The position numbers were made by a program, and so were the translations under genes. 37,908 nucleotides of DNA from a virus, in IMG/VR virus record IMGVR_UViG_3300028024_000002, positions 1 through 37,908 of that record; one strand, given 5' to 3'. How positions within the stretch are numbered: position 1 is the stretch's first letter; each line of letters begins with the position of its first letter. This document shows, piece by piece, positions 12,756 to 22,047 of the stretch. Under the pieces are notes generated by a model. The model was not told the DNA's origin. It did not search any database and worked only from the letters and a program-made list of their open reading frames with translations.

Positions 12756-15700
12756 CTACTGCACGTCAAAGATACGGCGCTGCCCCATTTCCTTGCGGCG
12801 CATGCGCTCCTGCCGCGCGAGATAGCCGGGCGAGGCTGCCTCGTGCAGGCTGTTCAAGATCAGGAAGTCGAGAGCCGGCCGCGCATACCACATGTTCAGC
12901 AGCGGCACGTTCTGCAGGAAGACATTGAGGGCATCGCCGGCACGGGCATCGCCGTCGCGTGCGTGCATGGCGAGGTTGAGGAGATTGGAAGCAGCACCGA
13001 GGGTCGGCCCCGCCACTGTCTCCAGCGGCCCATTGCCGAAGCGCGATGCCTGACCGAATAGGAAATCGCCATAGATACCGCCGCCGCCCCCTTGTGCCAG
13101 CGCCGCCAGGATCGTCTTGGGATCGGTCGGATCGCGCGGCGGCCACCAGCCGCGCAGGATGTCTTTCGCGGTCATCGACAGATAGCCGGCAATGGTGAGG
13201 CCGACGATCAGATGGCCGATATGGCCGCTGTTGTTGAGGATCCGCGCCGGCAGGCTGCCGCCCTGCCCGCCACTGATGGCGCGGCCGAGGACGCGATTGG
13301 TAAAGGCGATTGGGTAGCCCTTGAACTGGCCGATGAAGCGCGCCGCCTCGCCCCAGAATGAGCCCGGCCGCAGCCCCCAATACAGCATCCGCCGTGCTTG
13401 GTCGTCGGTCTCAATGACGGCGAAATTCATCTCGTCGGCGAAATAGCGGCGGACCGACAGCTCCAGATCATAGCGCTCTCCGTCGCGCCGCCGCGCCAGC
13501 CAACCGTCAAACTTTGCCTGTCGATCGGCCATCACCTGCGCCGGCACGGGGACTTCCCGGCCGAACTGCTTCATGGTCGCCTGGCCGAGCTTGAAATGCG
13601 CCTTGGCCTCCGCGATGTCGGCCGCGGGGATCAGGGTATCGATGACGTGGTCGGGAAGGTCGCGGATCCGGTCGCCAGTCACATAGACGTTGCCGTTTTG
13701 CGCCCGATACTGCGCTTGGCGCAGTGCGTCCCACCGCTCGGCCGTGATGCCGTGCAGCGACAGGCCGTGGCGGAAGCGAGCCTCCAGCTTGGAAAAAGCG
13801 GTATCCACCTTCGATCCCATATAGGCCGACAGGATGCGGGCGCCGGCGGAACGCTGCGCATCGGTCCAGCGCGTGAGGCCGCTCCAGCGGAAGCCCCATT
13901 CCATCGCCTTCGACATGACACCGGGAACACTGTCGCCCGCGACATGCGGACTGAGGACATGGCCGATCAACCCGTCATAACCCTCGCCGATCAGATAGGC
14001 GAGCTCGCGCTCGAAGCCCTGGCCGCGGCCCTTGACGCTCTCGACCAGCTGGTCGGCATAGCTCTTGAACAGCGGCTTGCCGTGGAAATGCAGGTTAGCG
14101 GCACCCGTCACCACATCGGACATGGAGGAGACAACGGCCGCCATTAGCTTCGACATGCTTTGCCAGGCGCGAATGCTGCTGCCGATCCGGGCCGCCGTGA
14201 GATTTTCCGGTGCCAGGGTCAGGCCCCGCACCTCGGCAAGGGCGCTGGCGATCCGGCCATGGCCGTCCGTCGTCAGGGCGCGGATTTGGCCCTGCTTCGC
14301 CGCATCGGGGATCCGCTTGTCGTTGCGGATGCGCAGCTGCAGGCTGTCCATCAAGCCGGACAGCATGACCTCCGGATTTGGGCCGAGGATCTGCATCTGT
14401 GACGCCAGGCGCGCGGCGCGCTGTTGATGCGCGATCATCGAGGTCACGACGTTGCCATGGCCGAACTGGCGGTTATAGGCCAGCCAATCATCCGCCGATT
14501 TGAAGTGCAGCACCCGGTGGCGCTCCAGGGTTCGGGCAAGGTTGGCGGGGCCGGTAAATTCGCCCTTCTGGGCCGCAGTGATGGTGCTGTCGCGGCCGGT
14601 GACGATCGTGCGGTAGGCCTGGCGCAAGAATTCCACCGGATCGTCGATCGCCTTGCGCAAGTCGCCCCGCTGCAGATCCAGCTGCTTTTGCTGGTCGCGC
14701 AGGCTTGATCGCCGCTTGTCGGCCGCATCGCGGCGGGCCTCGACCTCGGCACGCTGATCCGGCAGCTGCTTGCGCTCAGCCTCGATCTTGGCGAGCGCGC
14801 CGTCGATCCGGTCGATCACGTCATGCGCCTGGTTGGCCTTGCGGCGCAACCGGTTGAGGCCGACGGTGTTCTCGCTCGCGGCGCCCTTCAGCCTGCCTGG
14901 CTGGCTGCGCCGCAGGGCATCGCGAAGTTCCGGCCGGGCCGAGACCTGGCGCTCGATGTTGCGCATCAGATAATCGGCCTGCTGATCCGGATCTACGACC
15001 ATGGCGTCCTTAGTGCCAAGATCGCCCTCGCGCGCCTGCTCGACCATGACGGTGGCAAGATCGTCGACATGCTCGGCCTTGTTGAACGGCGCATCCCGCT
15101 CGTCCTCGACGAAGCCCTTGAAATGCTCCCATAGCTCTTTCCGCGCCGCTGCGTCGATCTCGCCCCGTTCCAGCTTGAGGCCGTACTCAAACAGCCGCTC
15201 GTGCCAGGCATCGGTGAATTCGACCTGCCGGCTTTCAAACTGGATCTTGCGGGGAGCGATCGACGACTTGCCTTTGGGGTTGCTGTTGCGCAGGGCCTTG
15301 GCGGCCGCCTTCAGGCGCGCACGGTTGCCGGATAGCCGCTGCAGGGTCGCACCATATTCGCCCTGCCGCTCCTGCAGCCTTGCATCAGCAATCGCCCGCC
15401 GGCGCTGCAGGGCCTCGGCACGCCCGGCCAGCAGGGTCTCGCGGTCGTCGATTGCCTCCAGTCCTTGGCTCAACAGCCGCACCGATTTGTCCGCCGCCTC
15501 CAGATCAGCCGTCACGCGCTCATGCTCGGCCGCCAGGGTATCGATGCGCGCCTGGTCGCGGCCAAAGGTGCGGTCCATGTCGAGGCGCGGCAGGATCGCC
15601 TGCACCCATTCGCTTTCGGTAGCACCCAGCAGCTTGTGCGGGTCATGTACCTGCGGCCCGGCCCAGCCATCCAGCTTACCAATCGCGGCACCCATGCGGT

Positions 15701-16286
15701 TCAAGTCGGTCCGGGACAGTTCGGCGAAGGTGGCGAAAGTCCGCGCCATCCATTGCGCGTCCTGGTTCTTGGTGACGCCCGGCTTGCCGCCTTGGCGCAA
15801 CTCGAACATCTCGCGGACGATGTCGTCGGCAAAGGTACTGTCGCCCAGCATGCGCTCGATATGCGGCCGCTCGCGCTGGATGGTTGCCAGCATGTCGCCG
15901 ACGAAGCGGCTCTCGAAGGCGAGGCGCGTCGCCGACACTGAGACGCGGCCGGAGGCAATACCCTTGGCCGTGCCTTCCAGCACCGCCAGCACCGCGCGGG
16001 GATAGCTGAGCCCGCTGGCGACATGGTCGGCGATGGTGCGCTCCAGCCTGTCCCGCACGATCGCATTGAGCGCGGCATGCTTACGCTGCAGCGCCGCCGC
16101 GATCTTGGCCTTCTGCCCCTCCTCGCGCGCCAGCTGGCGCAGCCGGCGGTCCAGCTGGTCGATCTTGCCCTCTGCGGTCAGGCGGTCGCGATAGCCCTGG
16201 ATCTTCTCGAAGACCTGTTCCAGATCCTGGTCGCTGATATTCGGCGCGACGCGCCGGACGATATCGATACATTCCTGCGCGCTCAT
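12756..16286 (-). CDS. Large internal virion/ejection protein (T7 gp16 position) with a C-terminal hydrophobic segment
   Basis: 1176 aa from the ATG at 16286, which has an ATGA overlap and GAGGG upstream. It is long and helical, with the segment IGHLIVGLTIAGYLSM near the C-terminus. Confidence 0.65.
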   Translation of the reverse strand: MSAQECIDIVRRVAPNISDQDLEQVFEKIQGYRDRLTAEGKIDQLDRRLRQLAREEGQKAKIAAALQRKHAALNAIVRDRLERTIADHVASGLSYPRAVLAVLEGTAKGIASGRVSVSATRLAFESRFVGDMLATIQRERPHIERMLGDSTFADDIVREMFELRQGGKPGVTKNQDAQWMARTFATFAELSRTDLNRMGAAIGKLDGWAGPQVHDPHKLLGATESEWVQAILPRLDMDRTFGRDQARIDTLAAEHERVTADLEAADKSVRLLSQGLEAIDDRETLLAGRAEALQRRRAIADARLQERQGEYGATLQRLSGNRARLKAAAKALRNSNPKGKSSIAPRKIQFESRQVEFTDAWHERLFEYGLKLERGEIDAAARKELWEHFKGFVEDERDAPFNKAEHVDDLATVMVEQAREGDLGTKDAMVVDPDQQADYLMRNIERQVSARPELRDALRRSQPGRLKGAASENTVGLNRLRRKANQAHDVIDRIDGALAKIEAERKQLPDQRAEVEARRDAADKRRSSLRDQQKQLDLQRGDLRKAIDDPVEFLRQAYRTIVTGRDSTITAAQKGEFTGPANLARTLERHRVLHFKSADDWLAYNRQFGHGNVVTSMIAHQQRAARLASQMQILGPNPEVMLSGLMDSLQLRIRNDKRIPDAAKQGQIRALTTDGHGRIASALAEVRGLTLAPENLTAARIGSSIRAWQSMSKLMAAVVSSMSDVVTGAANLHFHGKPLFKSYADQLVESVKGRGQGFERELAYLIGEGYDGLIGHVLSPHVAGDSVPGVMSKAMEWGFRWSGLTRWTDAQRSAGARILSAYMGSKVDTAFSKLEARFRHGLSLHGITAERWDALRQAQYRAQNGNVYVTGDRIRDLPDHVIDTLIPAADIAEAKAHFKLGQATMKQFGREVPVPAQVMADRQAKFDGWLARRRDGERYDLELSVRRYFADEMNFAVIETDDQARRMLYWGLRPGSFWGEAARFIGQFKGYPIAFTNRVLGRAISGGQGGSLPARILNNSGHIGHLIVGLTIAGYLSMTAKDILRGWWPPRDPTDPKTILAALAQGGGGGIYGDFLFGQASRFGNGPLETVAGPTLGAASNLLNLAMHARDGDARAGDALNVFLQNVPLLNMWYARPALDFLILNSLHEAASPGYLARQERMRRKEMGQRRIFDVQ

Positions 16287-19200
16287 CCCGCCCTCGCTAC
16301 ACACGCCGCGGCGGCATCGAGGCCGGCCGCGTATTCATCCGCCTGCGCCGCCGCCGCATCCGCGTCGCGAATGGCGTTCACCTCATCCGGCCGCAACCGG
16401 CTCTCGATCTGCTTCAAGGCCGCCGCTTCGTCGAAATCGCCGCTCTCGCTGTCGATGCCGAGCTCGCGCGCCAGATCTTCCAGGCCGCCGGCGGGCTGTT
16501 CGATCCGCGCGGCGGCGGCCGCGACTTCCGGATCCGCTGGCAGATCTGGCGCGGTTGCCGTGCTCAGCTGCTTTCCCTCGGCGCCGCGCGCCGTCGCCAG
16601 GATGTCCCGTGCCGACAGCGCCTCGCCGAACAGGCGTGGGCCGGCAAGGTTCATGCTGGCCTGGTCGACATAGCGGCCGAGCCCGATGCGCAGCTTCTCC
16701 TGGCCGACCGCGCGTGACAGGTTCTCGCCATACATCAGCTGCAGGAAGGCGCGCACCTCGGCCGATCGCGGGTCGAACATGTCCATCTGATCGGCGAGGT
16801 CGCGCAGCTTCGCGCCGGTATCGCGGGCGCGCCGGATCATGCCGACCGCCTGCATCAGCGCGACCGTCTGGTCCATTTCCGGGATGATGTCGCCGATCGC
16901 CGCTGCGACGCGCAGCTTGACCCAATCCGGCGCCAGGTCGGTCAGGGCCTTGCCGATCGTCCGCATATTGTCGTCGGTGCTTTCCAGCAGCCCGCCGATC
17001 AGGTGGGGATCCTCATAGGCCCGCGCCAGCAGGGCCGCCTGCAGGCGCCGCACGCCATCTTGCGAGAGCCGCCCCTGCGCATCGACCAGGGCGCCGCGTT
17101 CTGCCGCCGGCACGGTCTCCAGCCAGCTCCGGACAAAATCGCGGTTGCCGGCGGCGCCGATGTCGCCGCCGCTCCACAGGTCAAAGATCTCGTTTGGCAG
17201 GTTGCGGGCGTCGGACTGCGCCCGCTCAGCGGCACCCATGGCGAGCGTGGTACGGTCATTTGCCTCGCGCGCGAGGGCGGCGCGGTCTTCCAAGGAGAGA
17301 TCGCCGAGGCGCCGGCGGATCAGAATGGGCTCTTTCATGCCGTCGATGGCAAAGCCCTGGTCCTTCAGCCAAGCACGATAGGCCGCGGCCGTCTGCAGGC
17401 CCTCGGCATAGGCGCGGCGGATGGCGAGCGTGCGGCCATTGCCGCTTTCGACGATGTTGTCACCACCGACGATCGGGGCGCCGTCGCCGGCGGCGGCTGT
17501 GCGGCCCAGCAGCTCGGGATCCAGGCGCGCGGAAATGTCCGCGATCTGCGCTGCAGATGCGGCCCGGCCGCGGTCGCGCGGCTGCAATTCGGCGGGGAAA
17601 GCGGGATTTACGGCGAGTTCGCCGTTATGGCTGGTAACGAGCGACGCCGCATCGACCACCTCATAGCGCACCGGCACACGCCGGCCGGCCGAGGTGACGG
17701 CGACGGATTGACGGGCTAGGGTTTGGGTTTGCCCGCCGGCTTCAGATCGGCCACCACTTCGCGCAGGGCCTTCAGCTGGTAGTGATCCGTCGAGGCGTCG
17801 AGATCCAGGAACATTTGATCCGGGGCCGTCTCCGCCGTCGGGGTCGTGTCGTTGGCTACCTTTTTCGACGAGGGCCGGGCTGGACCCCCGGGGAACGTCG
17901 TTCGAGTATCGGGCATAGCTGTCTGCCTCCGATTTTAAGGCCTCATAAGTCCGGATAGGCGCATCGCCGACGGACCGCACATACTCAGGATCGACGAAGC
18001 GGCCTTCCTCGCGGAAGCGCTTGATCGCACGGTTAACGGCCTTTTCTGAGGGAATTTCGGCCAGGACGAGATGAACATCGTAACCTGCCTGCTTCAGAAG
18101 GTGGATACGCTCGCGGATATTGTCAAGCGTTTTTCCAACCAGGGGCAGCACCAGGTTGTCGCCGGAGCGCACCGCCCGGGCCAGGACACCGGCCGCGATC
18201 TGGTCGCTCTCCTGGTGGACGGCCATCGCGCCGAGCCCGCCCTGGAACTCTGGCAGCTGCGCCTTGGCCGCGTCGCTGTCGACGATCAAGGCCCTATACT
18301 GCGCCGCCAGGGGATCCGCGATGGTGCTCTTGCCGGCGGCCGGCGGGCCAAGGACGATCACCGCCTGGCGGTTCTTGGCGCCGGCGCCCTCCCCGTACAG
18401 CCGGTCCGTCAGCGACGCCCGCAGCTGGTCGCGCTCCGGCGTCGAGACGGCGATCGTCTGCTGCATGGCCCGCGACTGGCTTTGCGCGGCGATCACATCG
18501 GCCGGCCAAGGCTCACCCGGTCGCCAGACCATCTCCTCGGCATTGCTGACCTTGCCGCGCAGGCTGTCGGCTGCGGCGACCGCATCCGGGGCCAGCCCGA
18601 CCGGCCGGCCTGCCGCGAGGTCGCCTGCCGCCTGCGACAGCAGATCCGCGGCTGCTTGCCGCCCGCCCATGTCATCGACGGCGCCGTGGCCGCGCCAGGC
18701 TTCCCAGCCGCCATGCGCGCCGCCAGCGGCTGCCCCGAACAGGCCGGAAAAGGCGATATCCATCGCCGCCTGCGTAAAGGTCGTGTCGTCGCCGAACTGC
18801 CGCTTGCTGGGGATCAGGTAGGGTTCCGACGCCGCCGTACCGGCCGCGGCCTCCCCGCCCTGCACGACGGCGCGGCCCAGCACCTTGCCGGCGGTCGGCC
18901 CCAGGAAGCGCGCCATGCGGGCAACGACTGCGGCCTTGGCGACAGGGCCGGCAAGAGGGATGAAGTTGACGGGATCCGGCGCACCGCCCAGGAGCTCGGC
19001 GCCAAAACCCAGGACCGAGCGCGCACCGTAGGGGCTGCGGTCGATCAGGTAGCGGCGATAGGCATTCTCGTCGAAGGCATCAGCCTTGGCCTGCGCGCGG
19101 GCGACGGTCATCCGGTTGTCGAACGGAACGCCGTCACGGTAATAGGGCGACTTCTTCCAATCGTCCTCGCTCAGCAGCGGCACATCTGTCCGCACCATGC

Positions 19201-19420
19201 GCGGCGGGCCGCGATGCACACCCTGCGTCGGGTCGACCATGCGGTCGTCATTGGGGATAGCGACGTTCGCTTGACCCTGACCAAGGGTCGAATTCCACCA
19301 ACCTTCGCGCAGCTTAGAGCCTAGATAGTCGCCGATCGGCGTTTGAAAATTCTCGACCTCCGACAGGCGGTCGAAAACGTCGGAAGTGCTGACGGAAGGG
19401 AAAGGCTGCAGGTCGCTCAT
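16283..19420 (-). CDS. Polyvalent internal virion protein with a zeta-toxin/AAA_33-like P-loop kinase domain and a possible ParB/Srx-like module
   Basis: 1045 aa. Walker A is VIVLGPPAAGKST, followed by LIVDSDAAK and then GYDVHLVLAEIPSEKAVNRAIKRFREEGRFV. The downstream module reads ELQPRDRGRAASAAQI...VESGNGRTLAIRRAY. The frame anomaly at 17716-17916 is reported in the findings. Confidence 0.65.
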   Translation of the reverse strand: MSDLQPFPSVSTSDVFDRLSEVENFQTPIGDYLGSKLREGWWNSTLGQGQANVAIPNDDRMVDPTQGVHRGPPRMVRTDVPLLSEDDWKKSPYYRDGVPFDNRMTVARAQAKADAFDENAYRRYLIDRSPYGARSVLGFGAELLGGAPDPVNFIPLAGPVAKAAVVARMARFLGPTAGKVLGRAVVQGGEAAAGTAASEPYLIPSKRQFGDDTTFTQAAMDIAFSGLFGAAAGGAHGGWEAWRGHGAVDDMGGRQAAADLLSQAAGDLAAGRPVGLAPDAVAAADSLRGKVSNAEEMVWRPGEPWPADVIAAQSQSRAMQQTIAVSTPERDQLRASLTDRLYGEGAGAKNRQAVIVLGPPAAGKSTIADPLAAQYRALIVDSDAAKAQLPEFQGGLGAMAVHQESDQIAAGVLARAVRSGDNLVLPLVGKTLDNIRERIHLLKQAGYDVHLVLAEIPSEKAVNRAIKRFREEGRFVDPEYVRSVGDAPIRTYEALKSEADSYARYSNDVPRGSSPALVEKGSQRHDPDGGDGPGSNVPGSRRLDGSLPAEGPARSGGRSEAGGQTQTLARQSVAVTSAGRRVPVRYEVVDAASLVTSHNGELAVNPAFPAELQPRDRGRAASAAQIADISARLDPELLGRTAAAGDGAPIVGGDNIVESGNGRTLAIRRAYAEGLQTAAAYRAWLKDQGFAIDGMKEPILIRRRLGDLSLEDRAALAREANDRTTLAMGAAERAQSDARNLPNEIFDLWSGGDIGAAGNRDFVRSWLETVPAAERGALVDAQGRLSQDGVRRLQAALLARAYEDPHLIGGLLESTDDNMRTIGKALTDLAPDWVKLRVAAAIGDIIPEMDQTVALMQAVGMIRRARDTGAKLRDLADQMDMFDPRSAEVRAFLQLMYGENLSRAVGQEKLRIGLGRYVDQASMNLAGPRLFGEALSARDILATARGAEGKQLSTATAPDLPADPEVAAAAARIEQPAGGLEDLARELGIDSESGDFDEAAALKQIESRLRPDEVNAIRDADAAAAQADEYAAGLDAAAACVARAG
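17716..17916 (-). CDS. Embedded +1-frame ORF (66 codons) inside the polyvalent protein gene; status unresolved (overprinted gene, frameshift product or ancestral frame)
   Basis: The ATG at 17916 has GGAGG 9 nt upstream. By my count GC3 is about 81% in this frame against about 42% in the host frame over 17716-17860. It ends at TAG 17716. Confidence 0.4.
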   Translation of the reverse strand: MPDTRTTFPGGPARPSSKKVANDTTPTAETAPDQMFLDLDASTDHYQLKALREVVADLKPAGKPKP

Positions 19421-21540
19421 GGGTAATACCCTGGCGTCTGCTCGATCTCGGATTGCGCCTTATCAAGCTCCTCTCGGTGCTTCTTGGCGGCGTCCATCAC
19501 CTCCTGCAGGCTCCAGACGCGCGGGTTGCCATCGGCGCCGGCGACGGCCTTGCCGGTCCCCGGCTCGATCAGGACGAAGCCATTGCCCGAATTGATCCAG
19601 ACGCCCCGGGTCACGGTCGGCTTGAGGTGATAGGCCTCCCACTGCCGGGCGGCAGCCTTGTCGGTCGGCCGATCAGCTTCGAGCAGTTGCGGGATCGCGC
19701 TCTCACGCAGATACGCAAAGCCCTCCTCCAGCTTATCGGCGTCGGTTCCTTTGGCGACGACGACCTGCGCCAGGTCATCGACACTCACCGGCTCCAGATG
19801 ACCGAACAGGTCGGCATAGCTGGTCGTATCGGCCTTATCGAGGCCGGCGGCCGATCGCGCCCGCACCACATGCTCCAGGTCGGCGCTGTCCGCCTCGATA
19901 CGCTGGTCGTAGGCAGCGTCGCCGGTCAGTTGGTATTGCTTCGCCAGCACCCCGCCGATGCCATCGCTATAGGCGTCATGCGCCTGCTTGCGGATCGTTT
20001 TGACATCGTCGTCGGTCAGCACTGCCTTTGCCGGCGGGGCCGACAGTTCACCCAAGACCCGGCGGGCAACAGGGACGCGGCTGGGATCATCGCGCACCAT
20101 GTCGAGCGCCCGGCGCACACTCTCCGGCAGCTTCGCCGCCTCCAGCTGTGCGAGCGCCTGGCCCGCCTGGTCGCCCGGCAGCTGCAGCAGCTGCGCGACG
20201 AGCCCGAATTTTTCATCCGGCGTCGTCGCCGAATTGAACCGCTTCACGAACTGGTCAGCCTCATCCGGCTTGAACACCGGCACATCGACGCCATAGGTCG
20301 CCTTGGCCCGCGTCACCGCCTGCATGCGCGCCTGCACCTGGTCGGGTTTGGAGAAATCCAGCTGGGTGTGCGGCACCACGCCCTGCGCCTCGGCCCAGGT
20401 CAGGGGATCCTGCTTGATCTGGTCGACGACGCGGCCCAGCACCTTCTCGCCCGTTTGAACGCGATTGGCGAGTGCGGCGGCCATGACCGGATTGTCGGCC
20501 TTGGCGGCATCCTGTTGTGTCCGCTTGATCTCCGTCAGGATATCGGCCGGCGCCATCTTCAGCAGGTTGGTGGTCCAGCCGAGATCCGCCTTGGCCTGCT
20601 GCAGCGTGCCCGCCGTCTTCGGGTCCAGCTTGTTTGCGCGTGAGACCAGGTCGTCGAAGCCGGCATAGACCGTGCCATCCCGCAGCGCCGTCAGCGCGAA
20701 ACTCGCCTCGGTGTGCAGATCCGCAACAGCCGCTCGACGATCGGCTTCGGCCAGGCGCTTTTGCTGTTCTGCCTCGGCCTCGCGCCGGTGCAGCTCAACC
20801 ATATTGTTATTGACCAGCGCATTCTTGCTGTCGGCCGAGAGATAGCCGTCGAACTTGCCGCTCGCCAGCATCTCCTTCGCCTTGTTCGGGTCTGTCTCAT
20901 TCAACCCCTCGAAGGCCGCTTGCGTGATGCCGTAGCGCGCGATCTGCCGCTGCCGCTCCTTCTCCGCCGGCGCCAGGCTCGATGCCTCGATCGCGCCCTC
21001 GGCAACACCGATCGCCTTTGGCAGACTGCCGAAATTGGTACGAACGCCGTTCGCCTGCAGATTGACCACGTCGCCGATATCACCGGCCTGCTTGTCGAGG
21101 CGGCTTTTCGCCTCGAAGGCCATGGAATGGCTGGCAATGTTCCCGCGCAGATCCGCGAAGCGCATCTCTATCCAAGGCCGCGCGCTCTCAGGCGCTGATG
21201 CGACCCGCTGCTTCACATCTTCGTCAAAGCCCTCCAACATACTCTTGGTGAAATCCGGCGCGCCGACAGCCGCATTATTCTGCGCGTCGATCATCTTCTG
21301 CTGCCAATCGATCTCAGCCTGCGAATAGGCCTTGGCTGCTGTTACGGCGTCTGACTTCTCACGCTGCCGCTGCGCCGCTTGGTTCGCCTGTTGCAGATCG
21401 CCGCTGATATCCGACCCGGCCTGGCTGATGGCGCCAAGGACGGATCCAGCAGCGCTGCTGCCGACATCGATCCGCGCAGCAGTGCCCCCACTGCCAGGCC
21501 CCGGTCGGTCACCAAGTTCATCCCATGTCGGAAGCCGCAT
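19417..21540 (-). CDS. Internal virion protein (T7 gp15 position)
   Basis: 707 aa, helical and coiled-coil rich. It has an ATGA overlap with the downstream gene. Confidence 0.6.
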   Translation of the reverse strand: MRLPTWDELGDRPGPGSGGTAARIDVGSSAAGSVLGAISQAGSDISGDLQQANQAAQRQREKSDAVTAAKAYSQAEIDWQQKMIDAQNNAAVGAPDFTKSMLEGFDEDVKQRVASAPESARPWIEMRFADLRGNIASHSMAFEAKSRLDKQAGDIGDVVNLQANGVRTNFGSLPKAIGVAEGAIEASSLAPAEKERQRQIARYGITQAAFEGLNETDPNKAKEMLASGKFDGYLSADSKNALVNNNMVELHRREAEAEQQKRLAEADRRAAVADLHTEASFALTALRDGTVYAGFDDLVSRANKLDPKTAGTLQQAKADLGWTTNLLKMAPADILTEIKRTQQDAAKADNPVMAAALANRVQTGEKVLGRVVDQIKQDPLTWAEAQGVVPHTQLDFSKPDQVQARMQAVTRAKATYGVDVPVFKPDEADQFVKRFNSATTPDEKFGLVAQLLQLPGDQAGQALAQLEAAKLPESVRRALDMVRDDPSRVPVARRVLGELSAPPAKAVLTDDDVKTIRKQAHDAYSDGIGGVLAKQYQLTGDAAYDQRIEADSADLEHVVRARSAAGLDKADTTSYADLFGHLEPVSVDDLAQVVVAKGTDADKLEEGFAYLRESAIPQLLEADRPTDKAAARQWEAYHLKPTVTRGVWINSGNGFVLIEPGTGKAVAGADGNPRVWSLQEVMDAAKKHREELDKAQSEIEQTPGYYP

Positions 21541-21552
21541 GCCGAATGCCCC

Positions 21553-22047
21553 TTACGTCTTCCCGCCGCCGAGTTGCGGCGACGGATCGACATTGGATCC
21601 GTAGTAATTGTCATAGACTGAGGTCCCGCCACTCAGCAGTTTGGCGCCGCTCTTGACCAAGCCGCTGGCGAGATAGTTTCCGGAGTCCATGCGGTCGATG
21701 GCGGCTTGGCTTCTCAGCTTCGCCTCATCGGCTGTGGCGCTATGCTGGATCATCAGCGCGTCGAGCTCCGACTGGCCGGCAGTCTCCTCCATCACCAGCA
21801 GCGGGGAACCTTCGAGATCTAGGCCGCTCGCGCCAACCTGTGCGCGCTGCGTCGACAGCAGGCGCCGCGCCCGGTCCTTCACCTGCTGCGTCTGGTAGTC
21901 CGCTTCCTGTTGCCGGGCGGTTGCCTCGTTGTCCGCCACCTGCGCGTTGTATTTCGCCTGGTTGCTGGACTGCACTGCCGTCATGGCGGTGCCAGCGGCG
22001 GCGGCAACAATCGCGGCAATTGCGGCAGCCTCTTCGATCCCTGTCAT
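21553..22047 (-). CDS. Internal virion protein (T7 gp14 position) with an N-terminal hydrophobic helix
   Basis: 164 aa from the ATG at 22047, which forms an ATGA overlap with the GNAT stop. The hydrophobic helix is AAAIAAIVAAAAGTAMTAV. Confidence 0.55.
   Translation of the reverse strand: MTGIEEAAAIAAIVAAAAGTAMTAVQSSNQAKYNAQVADNEATARQQEADYQTQQVKDRARRLLSTQRAQVGASGLDLEGSPLLVMEETAGQSELDALMIQHSATADEAKLRSQAAIDRMDSGNYLASGLVKSGAKLLSGGTSVYDNYYGSNVDPSPQLGGGKT

Noticed and set aside
13398-14147. Long plus-strand ORFs antisense to the structural genes. Examples are 13398-14147, 15001-16005, 18071-19324, 19453-20643, 22963-24021, 26748-27800, 27478-28653, 28415-29779, 30660-32162, 33724-35565 and 35753-36910. 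The minus-strand ORF 6830-7855, opposite int, belongs to the same class.
   Set aside because: These are typical shadow ORFs of a high-GC genome. They are Arg/Gly/Pro/Ala-rich with no recognisable motifs. They lie opposite genes with clear domain signatures and translational coupling, and they lack convincing RBS sequences.
17861-17865. A defined programmed frameshift site (slippery heptamer) at the A5 run.
   Set aside because: The sequence G AAA AAG is only partly slippery. The shift needed from the long ORF into the biased frame is +1, not the common -1. I identified no downstream stimulatory structure. It is reported only as one of three explanations for the frame anomaly.
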